From Lama guanicoe (Eukaryota): a stretch of DNA of 64,000 nt. Each line of letters starts with the position of its first letter. Positions within the stretch are counted from its first letter, which is position 1. The stretch covers positions 1,170,974 to 1,234,973 of the forward strand of contig MU053379.1 in the NCBI GenBank assembly GCA_013239625.1, in the 5' to 3' direction. Shown piece after piece: positions 38,100-49,809 of the stretch. The position numbers were made by a program, and so were the translations under genes. The notes under the pieces are model-generated. The model saw only the letters and a list, made by a program, of their open reading frames with translations, had not been told where the DNA came from and did not search any database.

Positions 38100-39730
38100 C
38101 TTGTTTTAAACACTCAAGTATGTTTTTCAATCAAAAGGTAAAATATTCTTTTATATTTGTAATTTACCATTTTCTGTGTTCATTTTTGCCCTTGAAATTT
38201 AAGTTTCTACCTGGTAGCATTTTCGTTGCTTAGCGGTTTTTGTGATGCAGGTAGCGGCGTATCCATTTAAATTTTGGCTTTCTGTCTTTGTCTCACCTTC
38301 ACTCTCAGGGGACGTTTTCCCTGGATGTGGACGTCTGTGTGGGCTTATTTTTCCGCACTTTAAAGACTCTGTTCCCCTGTTCTGGCCCCCGCTGTTTCTG
38401 CTGAGAGATCAGCTGTCATTTCCACAGTTGTTACCCTGGTTTTTTATTACTTTTTTTTTAAACCTCTGGCTACTCAAACAGAAAACTTTCAAAGTTTTCT
38501 GTTTATTATTGGCCTGCCATTTGTGAAATGACCACGTGGGCATGAGTTTGTGTGTATCTTCCTTGGGATTTGCTGAGGTTTTTGAATCTGTAAATTCATG
38601 GCTGGAGCCAAATTTGGGGGATGCTTTTTGGATGTTATTCTTTTCTGTTCCATCTCCCCCTTTTGGGGACTACAGCAATATCTGTGTTGGCTCTTTGTTT
38701 ATTGTCCCTGTCCAGGGTTTTCAGCCTGCCCATGTGTTTAGATTTTTTTCCCTCTCTATTCTTCAGATTGGATGATTTCTGTTGATCTTTCATTTCCAAT
38801 ATGCTATTAAGCCCTGGCCAGTGAATTTTTCATTTTAGATGCTGTGTTTTCTTTTTCAGCTTTGCCATTTACATTTACTTTTATTACAATTTTCCATTTT
38901 CGTGGTGGTATCTCCTAACTGTTCACCAGTGAAGAGCAGATTTTCCTTTACCTTCTCTAACAGGTTCATTCAGGTGCTTGGTTGATACATTTTTAATTGA
39001 AAAAGCTGCAAAACTGTTTCTTACACAATTCGGTTTTTTATTAAATGAGAGAGGGGTGTGCAAGACTGTACAGCAGTGTATTTGTGAGCAGAGACCACTG
39101 CGTTACTGTTCCCCATGGCCAGCGGGGGCCTCAGTGGGGGCAGGACGGGAGAGTGGAGCAAAGGGTTTCTGAGAGTCTTCTTTTTACTTGGCATTATTTT
39201 TAAATGATGCAGAGCTGTAGGTAACTTCAAGGAACTGTGTGTGTGTGTTTCAGTTTTTAAAATACTTCGGACAATTTCGGAAACGTTTCACACACAGAGA
39301 AGCATATTTTCTGTTTCTCAATTTTATTACATTTAAAGGAGGAGCTTCGTTAGTTTTGCCTTCGGATCAAGGGACTACAGCGTCTGTAACAAGTGGTTTC
39401 TATGTTTCAGGTTGTTTATATCCTTGTGTTTCTTCTGCTAGGAAGAGCCGTAAAGCTCCCCGAGTGTCGTGGTAATTTATATCACGTCTTCCGTTTGTCT
39501 TAGGTTTCTGCCTTGTTTTCCACTTCAGTGTACTGTTAGGCACGTAAAGGTTCGTGACCGTTTTCTCTCATTCATTCATGAAGTTTTTAACATTAAAATT
39601 CTTTGCTCCACTTGATATTTCTCTAACTTTGTCTATTTCTTGTTAGTTTTAGCATCCACTTTCTTGGCGTGGTATGGTATTTCTGTGTTCATCCTTTTAT
39701 TTTTAAATAAAAGTGTGATTTGGGTGCTAT
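38100..39730 (-). mobile_element. Old antisense L1 remnants in the last ZNF133 intron
   Basis: cttcactctcaggggacgttttccctggatgtgg, ccttgggatttgctgagg, cttcagattggatgatttctgttgatc. Confidence 0.5.
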
Positions 39731-39914
39731 GGAGCTGGTACCGCATATAATGCCAAACCAACTGTTGTTGTCTGGGATGGGGACCTGGGCGCTGTCACAC
39801 TTCCTGTAGTGACTGCTCCACTGCACGGGGCTGACTGTGGGGCAGACTGGGGCAGAGGCACAGGCACCTGACTGCCGTGATGGGGAGAAAGGTCAGGGCA
39901 GAGGAAGGGAGCAT

Positions 39915-40245
39915 CCATCTTAGCTCCATCAGCTGAAACAATACCAGAGTGGGTGGCATACACAGGTTTACTGTTCGAAGGTGTGGAGGTGCAGACTTGG
40001 CCGATCGAGTTGCTGGCAGGTTTGGTTACTCAGGAGACCTTTCTCCCTGGCTTGCTGTGCCCTCACTTGGCCTTCCGTCCGCCCGCCTGCCCCTGCTCTT
40101 CCCCATCTTGTAAGGAGGGCGCCAGTCATGCTGGATTAGAGCCCCACCTTGTGACCTCTTAGCCGTAATACCTCTTTAAAGGCCCTGTCCCCAAATACAG
40201 CAGCATTCTGTATGCAGGATGGAGCAATTCTAGAACGCAGATGTG
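39915..40245 (-). mobile_element. MLT1 LTR
   Basis: ccagtcatgctggattagagccccacc...aaaggccctgtccccaaatacag. Confidence 0.65.
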
Positions 40246-41078
40246 TGCACACACTGGCCCACGAGTGTCCGGGCAGACCCACTCGGACCTGGACCTGGTT
40301 TCTCAGATGTGTGGTCATTTATTGCCTTTAGCTGGCTCGAACCAGCTATGGTGAAACAGTATATTCAGTGCTGACATCTCCTTACAAGAGGTACTATAAG
40401 AAAAAATCTTTATATTGATTTCTGGGGAATTTTCTATTTAGATTAATTATAGAAATGTAACAGGGCTTGAGTTGGCCAGGGGCACCAGCCACTGGGGCCC
40501 AGACTATGGGATGTCCGTTGCTGAAAGCCCACTGCTGCCCTGGAGAAATTCTGATACGAAGAAACCCTCTAATAAACACGTCTTAGTGGGTAGGGAAACT
40601 GCAGTTCAGCTGTTTCACACCTGACCTCTGACCTCTCCGCTGTGCCACGTCCTCTGCTGGGGGGCCCTCCATCCATCCCTCATCTCACAGGGAACTAGGG
40701 AAAGACGCAGAGACGTTCCACATGGGCCATCTGGTCAGCTCCCACTCAGAGGTCATCCTTTTGGACACAGTTTACCTCACTACGCGTGGCTGTGCGTTCG
40801 AAGGCGTTGCGGTGGGGGCTGTCTGGAGCGTGCCGGCCCCCCTTGCAGCCGCACTGCCTGTGATGCTTTCGTTTCTGTAGTCTGATGCACAGCATAGGCT
40901 GAGGTGTGGGTTTTCTGGATTGTAATGAAAGAGTCGTGATGGGCTGGAAAAGTGGGTGCTGTAAAGGCCTTGAGTTCTAAGCATTTTGCAGAACAGGGAA
41001 TCGAGTCTTACCGTCGGGCGAGGCAGAGCGGCTTTGGCAGCTCCGCCTCCATCCTGACTCAGCCTTTTCTTCCTGCAG

Positions 41079-42829
41079 CAGAACCAAAGCCAGACCTGCA
41101 CCTCAGTCCGCTCCGCCCCCCGGGTTTCTCCAGTCAGAGGCTCCGCGTGCAGCACGTGCTGTGCCGCCGTCCGCCCTGGCTCTTCACGTGCTTGTATGCA
41201 GAAGAGCCCGTCCAGCCGGGAAGTCTGAGCCCAGAGGACCAGAAGGAGCCGCAGCAGCAAGCCTCTGACGGGAGCTCCTGGAATGATGGAGCAGAAGGTC
41301 AGGAGAGGGAAGGGGCCCAGCCTTCGTTTGGGAAGACAAAGAAAAGGACCTCGGGAGCGCTCCCCAGGCCCCCCGCAAGGCAGCCGGTCAGCCCCCTGAA
41401 CGGCATCCGAGGACTGGAAATAGAGACCGGCCCCGCTCGGGCGGGGAGCCCCGAGGAAGGAGACGGGTTGCTGAAGAGGATAGAGGTCTTCGGCTTTGGG
41501 ACAGTCAGCTGTGGCGAGTGCGGGCTGGGCTTCAGCAAGATGACAAACCTGCTCAGCCACCAGAGGATCCACTCAGGGGAGAAGCCGTACATGTGCGGCA
41601 TCTGTGAGAAGGGCTTTAGTCTAAAGAAGAGCCTGGCCAGGCACCAGAAGGCCCACTCCGGGGAGAAACCGGTCGTGTGCCGGGAGTGCGGGCGCGGGTT
41701 TAACCGCAAGTCAACACTCGTCATCCACGAGAGGACACACTCGGGCGAAAAGCCTTACATGTGCGGGGAGTGCGGGCGAGGCTTCAGTCAGAAGTCAAAC
41801 CTCATCATACACCAGAGGACACACTCCGGGGAGAAGCCCTATGTCTGCCAGGAGTGCGGGAAGGGCTTCAGCCAGAAGTCAGCTGTTGTGAGACACCAGA
41901 GGACACACCTGGAGGAGAAGACCATCGTGTGCGGTGACTGTGGGCTGGGCTTCAGTGACAGGTCCAACCTGATCTCGCACCAGAGGACACACTCAGGGGA
42001 GAAGCCCTACGCCTGCAAGGAGTGTGGGCGGTGCTTTCGGCAGAGGACCACCCTCGTCAACCACCAGAGGACACACTCCAAGGAGAAGCCGTATGTGTGT
42101 GGGGTGTGTGGGCACAGCTTTAGCCAGAATTCGACCCTCATCTCACACAGGCGGACACACACCGGGGAGAAGCCTTACGTGTGTGGGCTGTGTGGGCGGG
42201 GCTTCAGTCTCAAGTCCCATCTCAACAGACACCAGAACATCCACTCAGGGGACAAGCCCATTGTGTGTAAGGACTGTGGGCGAGGCTTCAGCCAGCAGTC
42301 AAATCTCATCAGACACCAGAGGACGCACTCAGGGGAGAAGCCCATGGTGTGTGAGGAGTGTGGGCGAGGCTTCAGCCAGAAGTCAAACCTCGTTGCACAC
42401 CAGAGGACGCACTCAGGGGAGAAGCCGTACGTGTGCAGGGAGTGTGGGCGAGGCTTCAGCCACCAGGCCGGCCTCATCCGGCACAAGCGGAAGCACGCGA
42501 GGGAGAAGCCGTACGCGTGCAGGCAGTGCGGGCTGGGCTTTGGCAGTAAGTCAGCTCTAACCGCACATAAGTGGGTGCACTCAGAAGAGGAGCCTTGCTT
42601 GTGCAGGGAGTGTGGCCAAGGCTTTACCCAGAAGTCACACCTCGTCTTGCACCAGGTGACACACCAGGGGAAGAAGCCTTACGTGTGCAAGACGTGTGGC
42701 CAAGGCTTTGGCCAGAAGTCTCACCTCAACAGACACAAGGGGGTGAAGCCTGCCCACCACAAACCACCACTTCAGTCTGACTCTGAGGCCTGTTTAGGGC
42801 CACCTTCCGACCCCTTACACTGTCTTTGA
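41079..42829 (+). CDS. ZNF133: ZNF133 terminal exon: spacer plus C2H2 zinc-finger array (14 canonical fingers and 1 atypical last finger)
   Basis: Lies within ORF 40952..42829. Acceptor ccttttcttcctgCAG|CAG at 41076-41081. Finger helices SKMTNLLSH, SLKKSLARH, NRKSTLVIH, SDRSNLISH, RQRTTLVNH and SHQAGLIRH match my recollection of human ZNF133. TGA at 42827-42829. Adjacency to DZANK1 fits known synteny. Confidence 0.93.
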
Positions 42830-42979
42830 AAGTGAAGATGGTGTTGAGAACTGACTAATCAAAATTTGTACGCTTTCATGAAATGGAGTAGAATAATGCA
42901 TTCCGTAAGTGGTCAAAGGATATCTGCCTTCGTTTACTTCCTCCACACTAAATCTTCATGCTTTGTGGCCTTTTGTTCT

Positions 42980-42985
42980 AATAAA
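42980..42985 (+). terminator. ZNF133: ZNF133 polyadenylation signal
   Basis: AATAAA about 150 nt after the stop codon, followed about 20 nt later by GU-rich gctgtggctttggctgtgtt. Confidence 0.75.
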
Positions 42986-43824
42986 CTTTGCTTCTTCACA
43001 AAGCTGTGGCTTTGGCTGTGTTCCTCACTCACGCATCTGTAGAGACAGGGACCGAGGAGCAGCACCCACATCCCTAGCTCCTGAGTCTGCTCCTCCACAA
43101 AAATGTAGGTCCCTGGGAGACCTACGGCCGGAGTCACTCTGTATGTATTGGGAAGTCTGCTCTTTTGTTTGGGCAGGGAATCTAAGGACTGTGTTCAGGG
43201 AATTCAGATTGGTGAGGGCAGGAATCTTCCAGGTTTCTTCCAGAAAATATGGCTTCTGGAGTGTTTCACTTGGATCTGCAGCTACCTTCATCCCTTGGCT
43301 TTTGTGACAGCCCCTTTCTTGCTTCTCTCCTCCTGGCTCTCAGACATCCTTATTGCTGCTTTGCTGAATTATCCCCTGCCTGCCTTCATTGCCTCTTCTC
43401 AGGCTTTTGGCCCTAGTCCTACCATCTCGCCCCCTCCCCCCCCGAACAATGTCCTGTCCCCAGCACGCCAGTCGCAGGGCCTGGCCTTTCAGCTATGACC
43501 AAGCAATTGTTTAGTCTCAGAACCTGGGGTCTCCAGCGACACCCATCTGAGACCACCAAGAACACGGTCCTCTGATGATACAACATGTAACCTTGCGCTG
43601 TCCTCAGTTTAGTAACAGGGATGACTCTTGAAGCCGCAGTCCCAAATCAACCCTGTGACACTAGGGGTCAGAGGTGTCAATTACGCTCCTTAGCACTCCG
43701 TTCCAGGCCAGTCTTCATGCCAACCATCTGCTATCCTTAGCCACGCTCCCTGAATAGTTAGAACTTAACAGTTCTCCAGTGACAGAACATTAGGAACTGG
43801 TGGTGTGTGCTAGCTGAATTTCTC

Positions 43825-46800
43825 AGTCCACACTAAGACACGTTATTGTCAAACTGCAGAAAGAAAAAATCTTGAAAGCACGAAAAGAGACTTGTCACAT
43901 ACAAGAGACCCCCAGTAAGACTGACAGCCAGTGTTTCAGTAGACACTGTGGATGCCAGAAGACAGCAGGATGGGATATTTAATGTACTTGAAAGACAAAG
44001 GTCAACCAGGAATTCTATGTCCAGCAAAACTAAAGGAGAAATTAAGGCATTCCCAGATACACAGAGTTCATAACTAATAGACATAACCTACAAGAAATGC
44101 TAACGGCTGAAGTGAAAGGACACTGGGCAGTAATTTGAAGCCACACTAATAATTAGTAATAATAATAATAAATAATAATAATACCAGTAAAGGTAGCTGC
44201 AGAGTTAAGTATAAGTCAGCATTGTATTTTTGGTTTGTAACTTTTTTTCCTGTGTGATTTTAAAGACAAATTAATGAATAGTTCTAAATATTTATGAGCA
44301 CACAATATATAAAGATAAGTGAACAAACAGCGTAAGAGGGGATGGAATTGTACAGGAGAGTTTTTGTACACTATTGAAGTTGGTATTCAAACTAGATTGT
44401 TAACACACCTATGGTCAATCAATCTTCAACAAAAGGAGGCAATAATACACAATGGAGAAAAGACAGTCTCTTTGACAAGTAGTGTTGGGAGAGCTGGACA
44501 GCTGCATGTGAATCAGTGAAGTTAGAACACTCCCTCACACCATACACAAGAATAAACTCAAAATGGCTTGAAGTCTTAAACATATGACACCATAAACCTC
44601 CTAGAAGACAACATAGGAAAAACATTCTCAGACATAAATCATAGCAATGTCCTAGGGCATCCCACTGAGGCAATAGAAATAAAAGCAAAAATGAACAAAT
44701 GAGACCTAATTAAAGTTATAAACTTTTGCACAGCAAAGGAAAACAAACGAAAAGACAGCCTGTGGACTGGGAAGAGAATATTTGTAAACAGTGCAACTGA
44801 CAAGGGCTTAATTTCCAGAACATACAAACAGCTCATACCACTCAGTACCACCACCACCACCAACAAAAGCCCAGTGCAAAAATGGGCAGGTGACCTAAGC
44901 AAACATTTCCCCAATGAAGACACACAAATGGCCAATAGGCACATGAAAAAATGCTCAGCATTACTAATCAGAAATGCAAATCAAAACTACAACGAGGTAT
45001 CACCTCACACCGGTCAGAATGCCCATCATTAAAAAGTCCACAAATGATCAATGCTGAAGAGGGTGTGGAGGAAAGGGAACCCTCCTGCACTCTTGGTAGG
45101 AATGTAGTTTGGTGCAGCTACTATGGAAAACAGCATGGAGAGGCTTAAAAAACTGATAATAGACTTACCCTATGATCCAGCAATCCCACTCCTGGGTGTA
45201 TATCTGGAGGAAACTTAATTTGAAAAGATACATGATACCCAAATGTTCATAGCTGTGCTATATACACAGCCAAGACATGGAAGCAACCTAAAGGTCCATC
45301 GACCGGTGACTGGATAAAGAAGTTGTGGTGTATATGTAGATACTATTTAGCCATAAAAAAGGATAAAGTAATGGCATTTGCGCAACATATATAGACCTGG
45401 AGAATGTCATTCTAAGTGAAGTAAGCCAGAAATAGAAAAATATCATATGATATCACTTATATGTGGAATTTAGAAGGAAAAAAAAAGGGACATAAATGAA
45501 CTTATTTACAAAACAGACTCACAGACATAGAAAACAAACTTGTGGTTACCAGGGGAATAGGGGGTGAGGAGGGATAAATTGGGAGTTTGGGATTTGCAGA
45601 TACTAACTGCTGTATATAAAATAGCTGAACAACAAGGTCCTACTGTATAGCACAGGGAGCTATATTCAATACCTTATAATAGCCTATAATGGAAAAATAT
45701 GAGAAGGAATATGTATATATTTGTATAAATGAATCACTATGCTGTACACCAAAAATTAACATAACATTGTAATCAACTATACTTCAACAAAGAAAAATTA
45801 AAAAATTACACCAGAATCTGAGACATTCTAAACTGACTATACTTCAATCAATCAATACATATATACCAAAACCCCCCTAAATTGTTAGAAAATTAAGATG
45901 ACAATTATAATCCCCAGGATAATTATGAATAACTAGAAAAAATACACAGAAATATATTATGTACAGAAATATGTACATATGGAAATATAAAGAATTTATA
46001 TTTTGAGAAAAAGTCAAAATGATACACTTGAAAAAAATCAAACATAAAAGAAGGCAATATTAGAGGAATTGGGGAACAAAAATTATAAGCTATACAGAAA
46101 ACAAATAGCAAAATTGCGTAAGTATGTCCTTATCGATAATTATAAGAGAATTAAACACTAATTAAAAGGGAGACCAGCAGAGTAGATTAAAAAAACACAT
46201 GGTCCAAGTATATGCTATCTCAGGGATACTCACTTTAGATCCAAAGGCACAAATAGGTTGAAAGTGAATGGAAAAAAGATTTTCCACACAAGTAATAACC
46301 AAAACAGCTGGGGCAGCTATACTAATATCAAACAAAATAACTAAGTCAAATATTGTTTCAAGAGACAGTGACATTTTATGTTGATAAAATGGTTAATCCA
46401 TCGAGAACGATCATAAATGTATACACACCTAACAATAGTGCCACACAATACATGAAGCAGAAAGTTTAACAAGATTGAAGGAAGGGCTAGTTCTACAATA
46501 ACAGTTGAAGGTTTTAATGCCCCACCTTCAATAAAGGATAGAGAAACTATACAGAAGGTCAAGAAGGAAACAGGACGCGCTCGAGCACTCCTAGAGCAGA
46601 GAGACAGAAAGAACGCTTCCCCAACCAACAGCAGCAGAACACACGTGCTTCTCAAGTCCACGGGGAGTGTTCTCCAAAATACATTGTTCCATAGAAAAAT
46701 TCTCAATAAATATAAAAAGATTGAAATCATACAAAGTATCTTCTCTGACCACAATGAAAGGAAACTAGAAATCAATCACAAGGAAAGCTGGAAATTTCGT

Positions 46801-48075
46801 AGCCATGTGGAAAAGGACACACTTATGAACAACCAATGGGGAAAAGAAGTCACGAGGGAAACTGGAAAACGTTAGTCTAAGTGGAGTGATTACTGCCGCC
46901 ACCAAGGTCTGCACCCCAGCTGCAAGGAAGTGGCTTTCTGATTACGACCGTGGGAACCGAGCGGGGAAACGCAGGGGCCGCGGGGCGCGGAGGGGCGGCG
47001 GTTCTTCAACTCTGCCTTGTAAACAGCAGAGCCTGTTTACTCCAAAAAGAATTTTTTTAAGGAATCTAAAATTTGTGTTTACCTTAGAAATGTTGGTATA
47101 TTGCTTCCCTTACACCCTTGCTTTCTGGTTGATTCCACTTTAAAAACTTAAAAAATCAAAATTAGTTTAGATTAAAAGCAAGCCAGTGATTATTCAATTA
47201 AAAATTGCTTTGCGGTGAAGTAAGAACAGCACACCAAAAGTAGTGCTCAGAAGGAAAGGTATGGCTGTAACATTTAAAAAAGAAGGAAGCTCTCAAATCA
47301 ATAACCTGAGCCTTGACCTTGGGAAACTAGAGAAAGGGCAAACTCAACGTTGAAGGAAAGATAAAAGAATAAAGATCAGAGTAGAACTTAAAGAAGTAGA
47401 CAATAGAAACTAATAGAGGGGGGAAAAAATAAAAACAAAGTTATTTGAAAATATCAGCAAAACTGACAAACCTTTAGCTAGACTGACCAAGACAAAAGAG
47501 AGGAGACTCAAACAGTTAAAATCAAAAATTGAAGTGGGCCATTTCTAACAATTTTATAGAAATGGAAAGGATTATAAGAGCATACCAGGAATAAATGTGT
47601 CACCAAATTAGTTAATTTAGATGAAATGAACAAATAGCTAGAAATACACCACAAAAATTCAATCAGGTATAAATAGGAAACCTGAACAGATCAATATGAT
47701 TAAGGAGCTTATAATCAGTCATCAAAAACCTCACGACAAAGTAAAGCCCTGGATCAGATGACTTCACTGGTGAATTCTACTGTTTAAAGGATTAACACCC
47801 AATTCCTCTTAAACTTAAAAAAAAAACCCTTCTTCCTCATTCATTCTGTGAGGCCAGTGTTACCCTGGTAGCAAAGCCTGACAGAGATACACAAGAAAAC
47901 TACAGACCAGTATCCCTTTTGGCTGTAGATGGGGAAAGCCTCAACAAAATGCAGTCAACCCCATCCCGCATCCTACTGACAGGATTTTACCCTATGACCG
48001 AGTGGGCTCCTGGTTCAACAGAGGAAAATCAGTCAATATAATACACCACAGTAACAGAATGAAGGGGAAACTCAG
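43825..48075 (+). mobile_element. Old L1 (ORF1 to mid-ORF2) carrying nested insertions
   Basis: ORF1 motifs at 43830-44130, endonuclease region 46150-46875, ORF2 continuation 47215-48075. Confidence 0.8.
44403..45876 (+). mobile_element. Younger L1 3' end (ORF2 C-terminus plus 3'UTR) nested in the old L1
   Basis: TSD CTAGATTGTTA (44392-44402) / CTAAATTGTTA (45877-45887); L1 3'UTR ending tatacttcaa. Confidence 0.85.
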
Positions 48076-48084
48076 ACTGCTGAG

Positions 48085-49175
48085 TAAATGATGGTGTCTG
48101 GTTTTATGCCATTACCACACTGTTTTGAGCACTAATTTTTAAAAAAATAAGATGAATTTAGTCAAATGCCTTTTATGTATCTAGAGATGATCATGATTTT
48201 TACCCTTCATTTTGTTAACGAGGTGCATCACACTGGCTGATTTGCACACATTGAACCATCCTTGCATTCCTGGAATAAATCCCACTTGATCATGGTGTGT
48301 GATCTTTAAGGTACTGTTATAGTCAGTTTGTTAATATTTTGTTGAGGATTTTGCATCTGCATTCTTCAGGGATATTCACCTGTAGTTTTCTTTTTTGTAG
48401 TGTCTTTGGTTTTGATATCAGGGTAACGTTACTCTCAAAGTTAGTTCAGAAGCATTTCTTCCTCTTCAGTTTTTGAAAGTGTTTGAGAACATAGGTATTA
48501 AAATCATTTTGAATGTTTGGGAGCATTCAGTGATGCCATCTGGTCCTGAACTTCTTTTGGGAGGTTTTTGATTATTGATTCAATTTCCTTACTAGTAATC
48601 AGTTTGTTCAGATTTTCTGTTTCTTCAGGATTCAGTCTTGGAGGGTTGTCTCTTTCTGGAATTTGTCCTTTTCTTCTGGGTGGTCCAGTCTGTTGGAATA
48701 TAGTTGTTCATAGTAGTCTCTTATGATCCTTTGTATTTCCGTAGTATCAGTTTAACATGTCTTTAATTTTTGGTTTTATTTCAGCCCTCTATCTTTTCTC
48801 CTGGTGAGTGCAGCTAGAGGTTTGTCCATTTTCTTTATCTTTTCAAAGAAACAGCTCTTAGTTTCATTGATTCTTTTTTGTTTGTTTGTTTTCTTTTTTT
48901 GGTCTCTTTCTGCTCTCATCTTTATTATTCACTTCTACTAACTTGGGGTTTTATTCTTTTCTAGTTCCTTGAGGTGTAAAGCTAGGTTGTTTGAGATTTT
49001 TGTTTCTTGAGGTAGGCATTTATCTCTGTGAACTTCCCTCAGATCTGCTTTTGCTGATCCTTTAAGATTTTGTACATTGTGTTTCCATTTTAATTTGTCT
49101 CAAGGTATTTCTTTGCTTTTGATTTCTTTGTTGACCCATTGGTTGTTCAACAGCATATGTGTGAATTTTCTGGTT
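48085..49175 (-). mobile_element. L1 ORF2 fragment (antisense)
   Basis: ttgaaccatccttgcattcctggaataaatcccacttgatcatggtg..., ttgacccattggttgttcaacagcat. Confidence 0.85.
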
Positions 49176-49809
49176 TAAAAGGAAAGGTGTTTAAAGCGCT
49201 GGGGCAAGCTGTGCCTCTCCTTTGGGAAACCTTAGGCAGGCTGCCTACTTTATCGCCCTCCCCAACGGAGATTCTGGGAGGCAAGTTCTTAGTGCTACTA
49301 AAAGGTACGAAGTCACACCTGCTAAAAAGACATCTCAGGGGAGAACTGAGTGATGGCGCTGGCAGTTTACTCTAGAAGGAGAGGCCCTGACTGTCACAGG
49401 AAAGGGAGGCAGGATGTTTGACTGGAACATTTGTTACAGGTTGAGGGAATCATAGTTACTGAATTATAGCTGGAAAAAGTCACACCACCCTCTCCAGAGG
49501 CAGCCTTCACTTGGGCTGGTTGTGCTCCTTATATTCAAACAGCCTGAAACACAGAATGCGTGGACCCTCACGGAAGGAGGTTTTGGATCCCTGTTAGTAA
49601 GGCAGTAAGGGGGCATCTGTGGCAACTAACCACATGAATACAATTCCCAAGAAAAAGACTGTCTGACAAATGATGGAGGAGTAATTCAAGTTGGGACTGG
49701 CACCAGTGAGGATTTGCTTTCAGCCAATGTTCCCGAGTTTTTAATTTATGTCATTGTTGGCATTTTCAATAAAGAGTTTTTAGATAAAATTAAAGAGAAT
49801 GATTAACTT

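Noticed and set aside
40952..41078. N-terminal 42 codons of the 625-aa ORF as a real protein start
   Set aside because: It starts at GTG inside the intron and runs through the polypyrimidine tract; real coding begins at the 41079/41082 acceptor.
40772..42560. Antisense and alternate-frame ORFs (266, 141, 178 and 103 aa) over the ZNF exon
   Set aside because: These are shadows of GC-rich, repetitive zinc-finger codons with no independent gene signals.
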